Source of the DNA: Chrysochromulina tobinii
Lineage: Eukaryota
Direction of reading: 5' to 3'
NCBI GenBank assembly: GCA_001275005.1
Contig: JWZX01002865.1
Span: 1-45,457 of the forward strand
Length of the DNA: 45,457 nt
Below are positions 1-9,202 of the stretch, in pieces. Under the pieces are notes generated by a model that searched no databases, had not been told where the DNA came from, and was given only the letters and a program-made list of their open reading frames with translations. How positions within the stretch are numbered: position 1 is the stretch's first letter; the number at the start of each line of letters is the position of its first letter. A program made the position numbers and the translations under genes.

Positions 1-228
1 GGCCTGCGCCTGCCGCCGACCCGCCCGGCTGCGTGGGAGGCGTCCGTAGGTGGCGTCCGCGGTTTCCGCTGACCGGGTCCGGGTGCAAGTTTTTGTGTAG
101 AGAGACGAAAAGAAAAGCGGGTCCCCAGCCCTCGCCCCCTGGGCCCATATTCCGTCGGCCCTGACGAAAAACGACAGGCGCGGCACTCATTCTCGGTCGC
201 GACTCCGACTCCGACGTGTCAGACACCG

Positions 229-1191
229 ATGCCGCCGAGATTATTGCAATTGATAGTGATTTCAATGGTATCGTGCCACACGCACGCGTCCTCGCTAGAC
301 GCCGACCATGCAGAGCTGCTGCACTCAGTCAGAGAACAGCTTGAAGGTGGCGGAAAGGTGTCGGAGACGCATGTCAGCGACCTGCGTGAGGCACTTGAGG
401 AAAATCCAAAGCAGGTGGACCTGCTCACAATGCTCGCGTATGCTTTGCTCTCACGGAACCAGCCGGATGAGGCGGTCACACAAATGAAGAAGGCGCTCAA
501 GCTTGCCAAGCAGCAGGGACGCAATGGCGCAGACGGAACGGCAAAGACGCTCCTGAAGACGCTGTTACGTCTCAATCGCTTTGAGGAGGCTTCCCAAATG
601 TACAGTACGTATGATATCCCATTGGACGCGGCGACGCATTCAATGCTCGCCCTACGGCTTGCCCAGGGCTCACAGACCGAGAGGGAGGGGCAGGCGGCGC
701 TGCTGCACTCTGAGAAGGCGCTCGAGATGGCGCCACAGGAGCCGACGACGCACCTGGCGCGTGGCATGGCGCTGCTCATGTCAGGCAACTTTTCGCCCAA
801 CTCGCCAGAGCCAGTCATGGATGCGCTGACCTCGGCGTTTGAGCTGCGCGAGAAGGGCGCGATGGACAGCGCGTTCCCTGAAAAGTGGCCCGAGACTCTC
901 GAGGCGCACGTGCACCACACGCTCGGCAAGCTCATTGCGACCACCCCGCCGGAGCCCGAGAAGAACACACGCTTGGATGACGCGCTCCTCCACTTCACCA
1001 AGGCGGCGCAACTCTTGCCTGATCATGAGGTTTATAAGGCGTCGCTCAACCACGGCTATGCAGCGATGATACAGAGGGAGAAGGCGCTGCGCACCGAAGG
1101 CGCCAACGCCAACGATATCGTCATCGATCGCAACAAGCTCATCGTGGGCAAGGATGAGGCGCCGACCACGCTGACCAAGGACGAGATTTGA
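229..1191 (+). CDS. TPR-like helical repeat protein with signal peptide and C-terminal KDEI (ER-retention-like)
   Basis: 320-aa ORF; hydrophobic N-terminus (LLQLIVISMVSC); TPR-like segments (LAYALLSRNQPDEAVTQMKKALKL, EKALEMAPQEP, FTKAAQLLPD); ends TKDEI. Confidence 0.7.
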   Translation: MPPRLLQLIVISMVSCHTHASSLDADHAELLHSVREQLEGGGKVSETHVSDLREALEENPKQVDLLTMLAYALLSRNQPDEAVTQMKKALKLAKQQGRNGADGTAKTLLKTLLRLNRFEEASQMYSTYDIPLDAATHSMLALRLAQGSQTEREGQAALLHSEKALEMAPQEPTTHLARGMALLMSGNFSPNSPEPVMDALTSAFELREKGAMDSAFPEKWPETLEAHVHHTLGKLIATTPPEPEKNTRLDDALLHFTKAAQLLPDHEVYKASLNHGYAAMIQREKALRTEGANANDIVIDRNKLIVGKDEAPTTLTKDEI

Positions 1192-1445
1192 GAGTTGACT
1201 CAGAGCGCGCAGGGATCGCCGCGGGCAGCGTCGCCCGCCACCCTCAACGTTCACATCTGTGCTCTCGCTTGCGTCGTCAGCTGAAGTGGCACTCTCCGTG
1301 TTGCTTGCTGCTTGCTTGCATGTGTCCTTCATTTGTTCGTTTCATTACTTCATTTCACAGTTGGAAAGGAATGCCCTCCGAGACTCCGCGAAAGCCCTTG
1401 TTGTGGGCCTGAGCCGCGCGGCCGACGAGCTAGCCGGCGCGCGCG

Positions 1446-2927
1446 ATGGCGGAGGTGTGTGAGAGCGCGGCGGCGGTGGTCAAGGACACGCCATCCCGGC
1501 GCAAGCGCAAGACGTCCGTGGAAGCAGAGGGGCCAGCCCTCGACGATCTACTTTGCAGCAAAGGCGGCGGCAGCGGCCCAGCTGAGGGTGAGCTCGCTAG
1601 CTTTGGTGGCGAGTCAAAGAGCCGGACACGGACGGCGGATGACTGCACGGCCACGCCGATCGGCAACTCCGCCTCCGCACGGCGAGCGCGCGTAAGCTTC
1701 GGCCACGTCCAGATTCGAACCCACGATGTCGAGATGTGGGGAGGCGGCGGCGTGCCAGCAGACGACGGGCCGCCGCTCGGCCTGGGCTGGGGTGTGAAGG
1801 AGGAGCGCGAGGTGGACATCGACGCGTTCGAGGGCGAGCGCGAGGGCGCGCGAACGCCAAAGGACTCGTACTGCATGGTCGGCTGCGTGGAGGCGCAGAA
1901 GCGCCAGGAGATGCTGGTCGCCTCCGGGACGTCACTCAAGCACATCAAGGCCGTCACTAAGCAGGTTGCGCAGCTCAACCAGGACAGGTGGCAGGCCTCC
2001 GAGCTGCTCTTTGGCGACGCGTGGCTCTTCCGGGCGCCGCGCCACTCCGACAATGGCGAGCTGCTCGCGATGCTCGGCCAGCCCGAATGCCACGGGAGCG
2101 AACTCTCGGCCGCCAACTGGCACAGCGCCGAAGCGTGTGCACGTGAGCTCGCGCAGTCGCTGCGGGTGCAGGTGGAGACGCTATATTCGCCGTCCTCCTC
2201 GGAAGTCGGCGAGGCCAAGCGTGGCCATCGCCGAGTCGGCGGCAGCGGCAGCGGCAGCGGCGACGTGCACGGTGGCGAGGGTCACAGCGAGGTCCTTTCC
2301 AGAGGGCGGGAGGACAAGGGCGCATGCAAATACCGGTACCAGGATGAAGGCGAGGAGACCGGCGAGGAGGCCGGCGAGGAGGAGGAGGGCGAGGAGGAGG
2401 AGGAGGAGGAGGAGGAGGGCGAGATCCTGTGGACCGCGTGCTCCGAGGCCATGCAAGCCCTCAAATCCCCACTGGTCCTCTTGATACGCTGCGACCAGGC
2501 CTACGATGGCGCGCTCAACATGCTCGGCAGGCTTGTCGGATGCGCCGCCAACGCGCACATCGCCACCCAGGTGCGTGCGACCAGCCGTTGCCGTGCGCTC
2601 TCCGTGCGCTCTCCGTGCGGCGCGCCGCTTCCCGTCGCGTCGTTTGCCGTCGCGTAGAAAACATATCCCAACATGCGTGCCGCCTGAGTGCCAGCATGCA
2701 TGCCTCCCTCCTGGTCTCGTTAGAATGCGTGCCTTCCTCCTTGTCTCATTCCCCCAGGCTAGCCTCTTGACAGTGCGGTGTGCCGTCTCGGCGCGTGGCG
2801 AGTGCAGGTATTGCAAGCGGCGCGCGCCCAGGTGATCATCGTGCTCCGCGGCTGGGCCGACGACAAGATCGAAGCTGACTGGTCCGACGACGAGCCTGAC
2901 GAATTCTGCATCTCGCCGTTACGCTGA
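1446..2927 (+). CDS. Hypothetical protein, predicted join(1446..2570,2808..2927)
   Basis: ORF with RVSF motif, DGPPLGLGW segment and poly-Glu tract; donor CAG|GTGCGT at 2571, acceptor TGCAG|GTA at 2807; phase-0 join gives ...IATQ-VLQAARAQVII...CISPLR*. Confidence 0.55.
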
Positions 2928-3035
2928 CGAATTCTGCATCTCGCCGTTACACTGACGAATTCTGCATCTCGCCGTTACGCTGACGAATTCTGCATCTCGC
3001 CGTTACGCTGACGAATTCTGCATCTCGCCGTTACG
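2896..3035 (+). repeat. Five tandem copies of 28-bp unit CTGACGAATTCTGCATCTCGCCGTTACG
   Basis: Directly visible; copy 2 ends in A instead of G; no spacers. Confidence 0.95.
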
Positions 3036-3863
3036 CCGAGTGCGCGCACTCGCAGCAGCAGCGCAGCAACGCAGCAGCAGCAGCATGCTCGGCGCCCCTG
3101 ACCGGGCTCGTTCTGGGCGGTGGCAGCGATCGGCGGACGGCTGCGAAAGGCGGGACAATGGGGCAGTGGGCGGCGGGACAGGTTGACGACGAACCGCTAA
3201 AGTTGCAATGATATGATATGAACGAGCTCATGGAGAAAAGGACTGTGAGAGGCGCGAAAGAAAAGGCGGCAGTTGGCTATTGGCAGATTGGCGGGTGGAT
3301 CCGGGATCGGGTGTACTGGATCGGGAGCTACAACGCAATGCCATGTATGGACACGCGCACGACAGCTCGACACCACGTGGCGACAGGCTAGACCGGACAG
3401 TACCGGGGGCGGTACTCGCGTCTGCACCCCTCTGACGCCGACCCCAGCGCGCTCACCGCACAGGGGTGGAGTAAGTCCGTAAGAAGTCGTGAGAGTGGAG
3501 TTAAAATGGAGTATACTATTGACAGCAGATATCCGCTTATTCAGCAACCGGTCCTCTCGCTCAGACGGGGGGCGGTCGTTATCGGTTGTGATGACACTTG
3601 ACAGCGGATTCCTGCCAGGTGCCGTTCCATGTTCCATGTTGCATGCCGCCTTACTCTCACGCCGACATCCCCTTCAAATTCCCCCACCGCAATTCAGGGG
3701 GTCCTGCCAATGCGTAGGTAGCTTGGTAAGTTACAAAGTTCTCTGCGGCGCGGATGATTGTCGCGTTCGGGTGACAGCTCCTCGCCTGTCAGCACACACT
3801 CGACGCGAATCCACTCGTCCCCACTTGTTTCAGTCTTAAACATACCTCGTCTTCCCACTGCCC

Positions 3864-6044
3864 ATGGAAGCAGAAGTGCGCTCTGAAATTGCTTTGACAA
3901 TCACGCCTCTTTCTTTCACAATCACAGGATCAGTCGTCGACGATTCACAAAATCGATGCATTTCCGTCCACATGCGAATACCGCCGCCCAGCGTGTCAGC
4001 ACCTGCGAAGGCGCGAACACGGAGCGCCTTTGAGATTGCCGCAGGGGCTCGACTGCTGAGGAGCAGCGCCGCCCTCGCAGCCGACGGCGAGAGCAACAGC
4101 CTGGACGACCGTGTCGCTGCGGAAAAGCGCGTTCTCGGTGCTGGTGGCAGTGGCAGCAAGTGTGCCAGTGGCAGCAGCAGCAGTCAGGCTGACCGACTCC
4201 CTGCACACCTCGATGGTGGTAGATGCAGCGTGGATGATCGCGCCGACAGCCTCGCGTGGCCTGGCATCGAGAAGGCCGAGAGCAATAGAGAAGGCTGTCC
4301 ACCTTGCGACGTGGTCGCTGCAGCGGCTTTGGCCAGGAAGCTCCGCAGGCGTTCGCTAGCTCAATCGTGGTGGCACTGGCGCGACTGCCTTGAGATTTCC
4401 CGCTCTGAGCGTTGGCTGCGGCTCCACACGATCTTCTTCCAGCTGCGTGAAGGCATCGTCCATGAGGTGGCTCGAGCGCGACTTCGGCACGCACTGCCCC
4501 GAGTGGACGCATCGCAACGGGCGCGTGGGCGCGCGCTTCGCCGCTGGCGAGCTGAGGCTGCACGCCGTCGAGCGCCGTGGCGAGCGCCCTGTCGAGCGCC
4601 GTGGCAAGCGGACCGCATGCACGGTCGGCCAGTCTCACCTTCGGCGCAGTCGGACACCTCGAGCCTCGCTCTGAGCCTGCGGAGCCTGAGCAGCAGCACT
4701 CTGCAAAGTGCCGCCACGACGGTGCTGCGGGGTCCTGTCTATGTGCCGGGCGGACCTGCACATTTTGGCAAGGGGGCTGCCTATGGCCCCCTTCGAGGTG
4801 GCCGTCTGAGAGGAGCCTTGCATGCAACCAGGATGGCTCCCGCCGCACTCGTGTCCACCGTTCGCCAGCTGGCGGTCCTTTGCTGCTGGTCCGCCCGAAC
4901 GCGGCGGGAAGCGCGTCTCATCGCGTCCGTGGCGGCGCTCGCGCGGCGGCGCGGGCGGCGTGCAGCATATCGCGCGCTGCGCTGGTGGGCCGTCGAGCGC
5001 CGCCGCGAGCGCGGCCGGCTTGCGATGTGGGCGTTGGCCGTCGAGGTTTCTCTCGAACGAGCGTGGGCGTGCTGGCGGCGCTACTCGGTCAAAGAGGCTC
5101 GTCGAGCGCGTGCGAGCAGCGCGCCCGTCCTATGGGCACTCGCTCCGTGGGCGCGTGCCGTGCGTTCGACGACTGTGCAGCGGCTGCGTCGCTCGTGTCG
5201 CCGTTGGGTACGCCGGTACCGCTCTCTCCGACCTCTGTCCCTTGCATGCAAGTGCTCACCACGGCGCGGCATCCTACCGTCCCCACAGGTGCGCCGGTAC
5301 CACGCAGACGCGCCTCTGCTGCATTCTCATCGGCAGGGGATGCGGGCGGCGGGCCGCTTCCGGAAACGGAACGTGTGGGTGCGCTTGAAGGCCGGCGCCG
5401 CTGCCGATGCGGAGCGTTGGCGTCGGTGGGCCAACGTGGAGGCGATCGCGCTGGCCCACCGCGGGCGGCATACGCTGCGCCGCTGGCTGCGCGTCTCGGA
5501 GCAGCGGCTGAGTGCAGGGCAGCGATGGCATGGCAGGCTTCTCCTCTTCAGCCTGGTCGGCGATATGGTGATGGCGCTGCACGAGTGGAAGCTCTACTGC
5601 GAGTACGAGGGTCCAATGCAGCAGGTCGTGGCGCTCTGTGGGCGGCGCGCCGGGTTGCGTCACGGCTTCCGTCGCTGGCGTCAGCAGCACGCCTCGGCAC
5701 CGGCACCCGCCCCAGCTCCCGCCCCGGCACCATCGCCCGCTCGATACGGCGCGGCACCCGCCCCAGCTCCCGCCCCGGCACCATCGCCCGCTCGATACGG
5801 CGCGTCACCCGCGTGGTCGCCGACGCGCTTGGCCTCGGCGTCACCACCCCAGTGGGGCCGCGGGCTACTGTCTGCTGCTGCCGATAGTGCCAGTGCCAGT
5901 GCCAGTGCCACGAGTGGCGCGCCCGCCATAGGAAATGCTTGCCGCAGTGCCGCCATGCAAGCAGCCGCAGCAGCCGCCGCAGCTGGTCCGACACACCCTT
6001 CGACTGCTCTACAGCGGGTGCAGGATGTGCAGGAGATGGATTAG
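3864..6044 (+). CDS. Arg/Trp-rich protein with Sfi1-like (centrin-binding-type) repeats; probable in-frame 81-nt intron 5208..5288
   Basis: Recurring motifs RALRRWR, LERAWACWR, RHTLRRWL, ALHEWK, RHGFRRWR; Pro/Ala tail with a 51-bp tandem duplication near 5703-5804; start codon uncertain. Confidence 0.45.
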   Translation: MEAEVRSEIALTITPLSFTITGSVVDDSQNRCISVHMRIPPPSVSAPAKARTRSAFEIAAGARLLRSSAALAADGESNSLDDRVAAEKRVLGAGGSGSKCASGSSSSQADRLPAHLDGGRCSVDDRADSLAWPGIEKAESNREGCPPCDVVAAAALARKLRRRSLAQSWWHWRDCLEISRSERWLRLHTIFFQLREGIVHEVARARLRHALPRVDASQRARGRALRRWRAEAARRRAPWRAPCRAPWQADRMHGRPVSPSAQSDTSSLALSLRSLSSSTLQSAATTVLRGPVYVPGGPAHFGKGAAYGPLRGGRLRGALHATRMAPAALVSTVRQLAVLCCWSARTRREARLIASVAALARRRGRRAAYRALRWWAVERRRERGRLAMWALAVEVSLERAWACWRRYSVKEARRARASSAPVLWALAPWARAVRSTTVQRLRRSCRRWVRRYRSLRPLSLACKCSPRRGILPSPQVRRYHADAPLLHSHRQGMRAAGRFRKRNVWVRLKAGAAADAERWRRWANVEAIALAHRGRHTLRRWLRVSEQRLSAGQRWHGRLLLFSLVGDMVMALHEWKLYCEYEGPMQQVVALCGRRAGLRHGFRRWRQQHASAPAPAPAPAPAPSPARYGAAPAPAPAPAPSPARYGASPAWSPTRLASASPPQWGRGLLSAAADSASASASATSGAPAIGNACRSAAMQAAAAAAAAGPTHPSTALQRVQDVQEMD

Positions 6045-6213
6045 AAGAGGAGGATACCTGGTTCCTGGATGACGATAAGATATGACATGAACTTCCCCTC
6101 TTTCCAAAAACGGAATAGTTTCGACTTTGGGATACATTTTCGATCGTAACGCTGGTTGTGTGTGCGTGCGGCCCTCACGCACGGCGTCGCCCAAACCCGC
6201 CACCGGATATCTG

Positions 6214-7086
6214 ATGGAGGGCGCGATCACGGCGGTGTCGTTTCAGACCACGTCCGGCAAGGTCAAGGCGCCCGTGGCGTACGGCCAGTACGAGCTCGGC
6301 CGCTCGTCGCGACCGAAGAATCAGAAGTACCCCAACCACAAGGGGTCGCCATGGTCTGTCGATGGCATGCTGCAGCAGGTGCCGCTCCCTGGTACGAACG
6401 TGCACTACGGCACGGCCGGCGATCCGGGTCAGTACGAGCCGTACATGTACGAGGACGCGGGCACCAACCCGGTGCACAACAGCAACCAGTCTGCTGAGAC
6501 GCGCAAGCCTTTCGACTCGACGGAGGTGCGTGTGCTGCGCTCGACGCTCTTCGGGCTCGAGACGCCGTCGGTTGGCCAGTATCCGGTCTTTCTGCCCGAG
6601 AAGACCATGGGCCAGATTGACGACAACATCCGCTATCCCAAGCAGGACGCGAACGTGAGCGTCTTCAAATCGGGCTCGCTGCAGCGCCCCGACGCGCGCT
6701 CCAAGGTGCCTGCGGGCGCTGAGTACTCGCCGAACATGGGGTCGATCCAGCCGGTGATCGGCAATCCGTGGGCGAGCTCGAAGAATGCGGCCGACCGTTT
6801 CCACGAGGCCAAGTTCAAGTACGGCACTGGCGGCACGACCGAGATTGTGGGTCCGGGCTCGTATGTTGGCGCCGACTTCGAGAAGACGTTGCTCGAGGAC
6901 TGCCAGGAGCACATCCGACGCTCGTCAGCGCTCAAGATCCCCTTCCAGTCGACCAGTCCGCAGCGCCCCGGCTTCTTCATGAACCCCGGGCAGTCGCCCG
7001 ACATCGCGCCGGGCTGCTACGAGCCTCTTGAACCCAGGCTTAAGGATCTGATGGCCTCGGGCGGCGACTGGCGGCAAGTCATGTAG
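6214..7086 (+). CDS. SHIPPO-repeat / ODF3-like (PGP-repeat) flagellar-type protein
   Basis: Spaced PGxY-type motifs: GDPGQYEP, TPSVGQYP, PAGAEYSP, VGPGSYV, IAPGCYEP; first ATG at 6214. Confidence 0.6.
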   Translation: MEGAITAVSFQTTSGKVKAPVAYGQYELGRSSRPKNQKYPNHKGSPWSVDGMLQQVPLPGTNVHYGTAGDPGQYEPYMYEDAGTNPVHNSNQSAETRKPFDSTEVRVLRSTLFGLETPSVGQYPVFLPEKTMGQIDDNIRYPKQDANVSVFKSGSLQRPDARSKVPAGAEYSPNMGSIQPVIGNPWASSKNAADRFHEAKFKYGTGGTTEIVGPGSYVGADFEKTLLEDCQEHIRRSSALKIPFQSTSPQRPGFFMNPGQSPDIAPGCYEPLEPRLKDLMASGGDWRQVM

Positions 7087-7750
7087 ATGAATTCGGCGCT
7101 GGCCCTGCTGTGAATGACCCTTCTGTGAATGGCCCTGCTGTGAATGGCCCTGCCGTTCGGCGCTGGCCCTGGTGTTCGCCCCCGCCGCGAGGCCAGCAGA
7201 CGTGCGGCCTAGACCGACGGATCGTGCCGCCGGGGCACGTGTTGCTGCGGCCTTCTGGCGAGTGCTCGTCTCTTGCGGATGCGGACGCCGCGGAGGGGGC
7301 CGCCTGTCACTCGAGCCTGTCACGAGGGACCGGCAGCGGGCAGGGACGCCCTTGTGTTTGATGTCTAGTCAGAGGTGTATGCATGCGGCCACTGGCCCGT
7401 GTGTGCGGCGTCATTTGTGCATGCAGTACTGTGTGTATAAAAGGTGAAGCGGATGCATGAGGGATGGAACGCCAAGCGGCCGGGGCGGGGTGTGCCGCGC
7501 GCGCGCGGGCCGCGGCTGACTGTTTGCGACGCTGATCTTGTCGCTCGCCACATCACCTCTCCAGCACACCACGGCTTTATCAGACTTGGGGTGGGGGGGA
7601 AATTTTTTTGGCTTGGTAGAACGCGTCGAGTCTTCATGTCCAAGACAAACAGACGAGCCTCCACGCGAAGTGACCAGAAGGAGGGTTCGTGCCGAAACCT
7701 CCTTTCCACAGGGAACACCAGGATTAAAACACTATTAAACTCGAAATCCA

Positions 7751-7780
7751 ACTTGACTTGACTTGACTTGACTTGACTTG
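7751..7780 (+). repeat. (ACTTG)6 pentanucleotide array
   Basis: Direct reading; same unit at about 12525-12553, 19189-19218 (inverted) and 20815-20827. Confidence 0.95.
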
Positions 7781-7827
7781 GTCCTAAATTCTTGCCTTTC
7801 CGGGCAAGAGCGTGCGTGACCGTGGAA

Positions 7828-8685
7828 ATGGCGAGGAGAAAAGCACGCTTCGCGTCCGACCGAATCCTCGGCAAGATGCGTGCGCTCGCGGTGCACTTCA
7901 CCGCTGTGTACATCTACGCGCTCACGCTCACGGACCCGCCGCCGCACCTCGCCCACCTCAAGGGCATTCGCCGAATAGGCCAAACTGCAGATCATCGTGG
8001 TCAAGGACGGGATGCCACTCTCGCCAACCGATTTCGCCAATATAAGTAATTGCGCGGCACGGGCATCTTGAAGGAGCTCGTGGAGGACATAGCTTCCACC
8101 TATAAATCCGCTTCCGCTGCCTCCGCTTCCGCCAACCCGAATGTCGCCAACCCGAATACCGACTGGAAGCAGTATGTCGCCGATGCCTGGAAGTGCTTTT
8201 CAGACCTCGAGGTCCTCGAGACCATAACGGAGGTGGCGGTGCCTATTTTGCAGTCAACGATGATGGCCACGGCAGATTTGCCGCGCTGCAAGGCGCACGC
8301 GCGGGCAGATGATCGCGAGAAGGCGCTCATCGCGGAGAAGGGGACGTGGCGGGCAAGAGACGCGGACCGTCCCAAAGAGCAGACACTCAATGAACAAGCA
8401 GGGGGGCAAGGAGACGAGTGGGCGCAGATCCGCTCACAGGTCCTGGCAGAGGAGTGGAAGGCAGTGCGGCTGAAAAGGCACACGTGCACGCACGCGGGCT
8501 GCGACAAGAGCTTTGAGCGCTCGGGCGACCTCAAAAGGCACAAGCGCACGCACACGGGCGAAAAGCCGTACGCGTGCGACTACGCGGGCTGCGACAAGTG
8601 CTTCTCGGACTCGGGCAACCTCAAAAGGCACAAGCGCACGTGCAAGTCACGTTTGGTGTATGTTCAATGTTGGGTACCACTTTAA
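7828..8685 (+). pseudogene. GIY-YIG-like nuclease plus two C2H2 zinc fingers, interrupted by in-frame TAA at 8047-8049
   Basis: ORFs 7792..8049 and 8050..8685 are same-frame and adjacent; VYIYAL...RIGQT...LANRFRQY, REKALI...GT...LNEQAGGQG; two Cx4Cx12Hx3H fingers with TGEKPY linker (fingers certain, nuclease tentative). Confidence 0.55.
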
Positions 8686-9202
8686 TCGTGGGGATTTGTA
8701 GACATATGCTTGAGGCACCAATGTGCAATGGGTCCGCGGGCCAGCGAACGCCACTTCGTTCACGCTCGTCCCCTTGCGTGAATCTGCGCGCCACGCGCGG
8801 GCACATTCTGACCAGGATGTTGGGTCACGCGCGCCGCCTGCTGCGCGGCGTTGCTACCGCGAGCGCGACCTGTGCTCGGTGTCCGGAGCCCGACGCTGCT
8901 CGGAGGTCACCCCTCCCCCCACCCCCCACCTGATTGCCTGTCACAATCCCGCCCGGTAGTATAGGGCAGCGAGCACCAGAGATCACACTGTGTGCTGGGA
9001 GAGACCGACCTCACTAGCGAAATTGAGCAGCCCGAGCGAGCGAGTACTCAGTACTTGTGTTGACCGAGGGGAGCGGAGCCGTCCGTCGAGACGGTGGTGG
9101 AGTGAGCGCGGGGGGACCGCGAAGAAACTGAAACTGAAACTGAAACTGACCTTTTCGCAGAAGTTTGACACTCTCCTACCCAGGGTGCGCGAGGTCACGA
9201 TC

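Noticed and set aside
2896..3035. CRISPR-like 28-bp repeats
   Set aside because: Head-to-tail with no spacers, no cas genes, eukaryotic context
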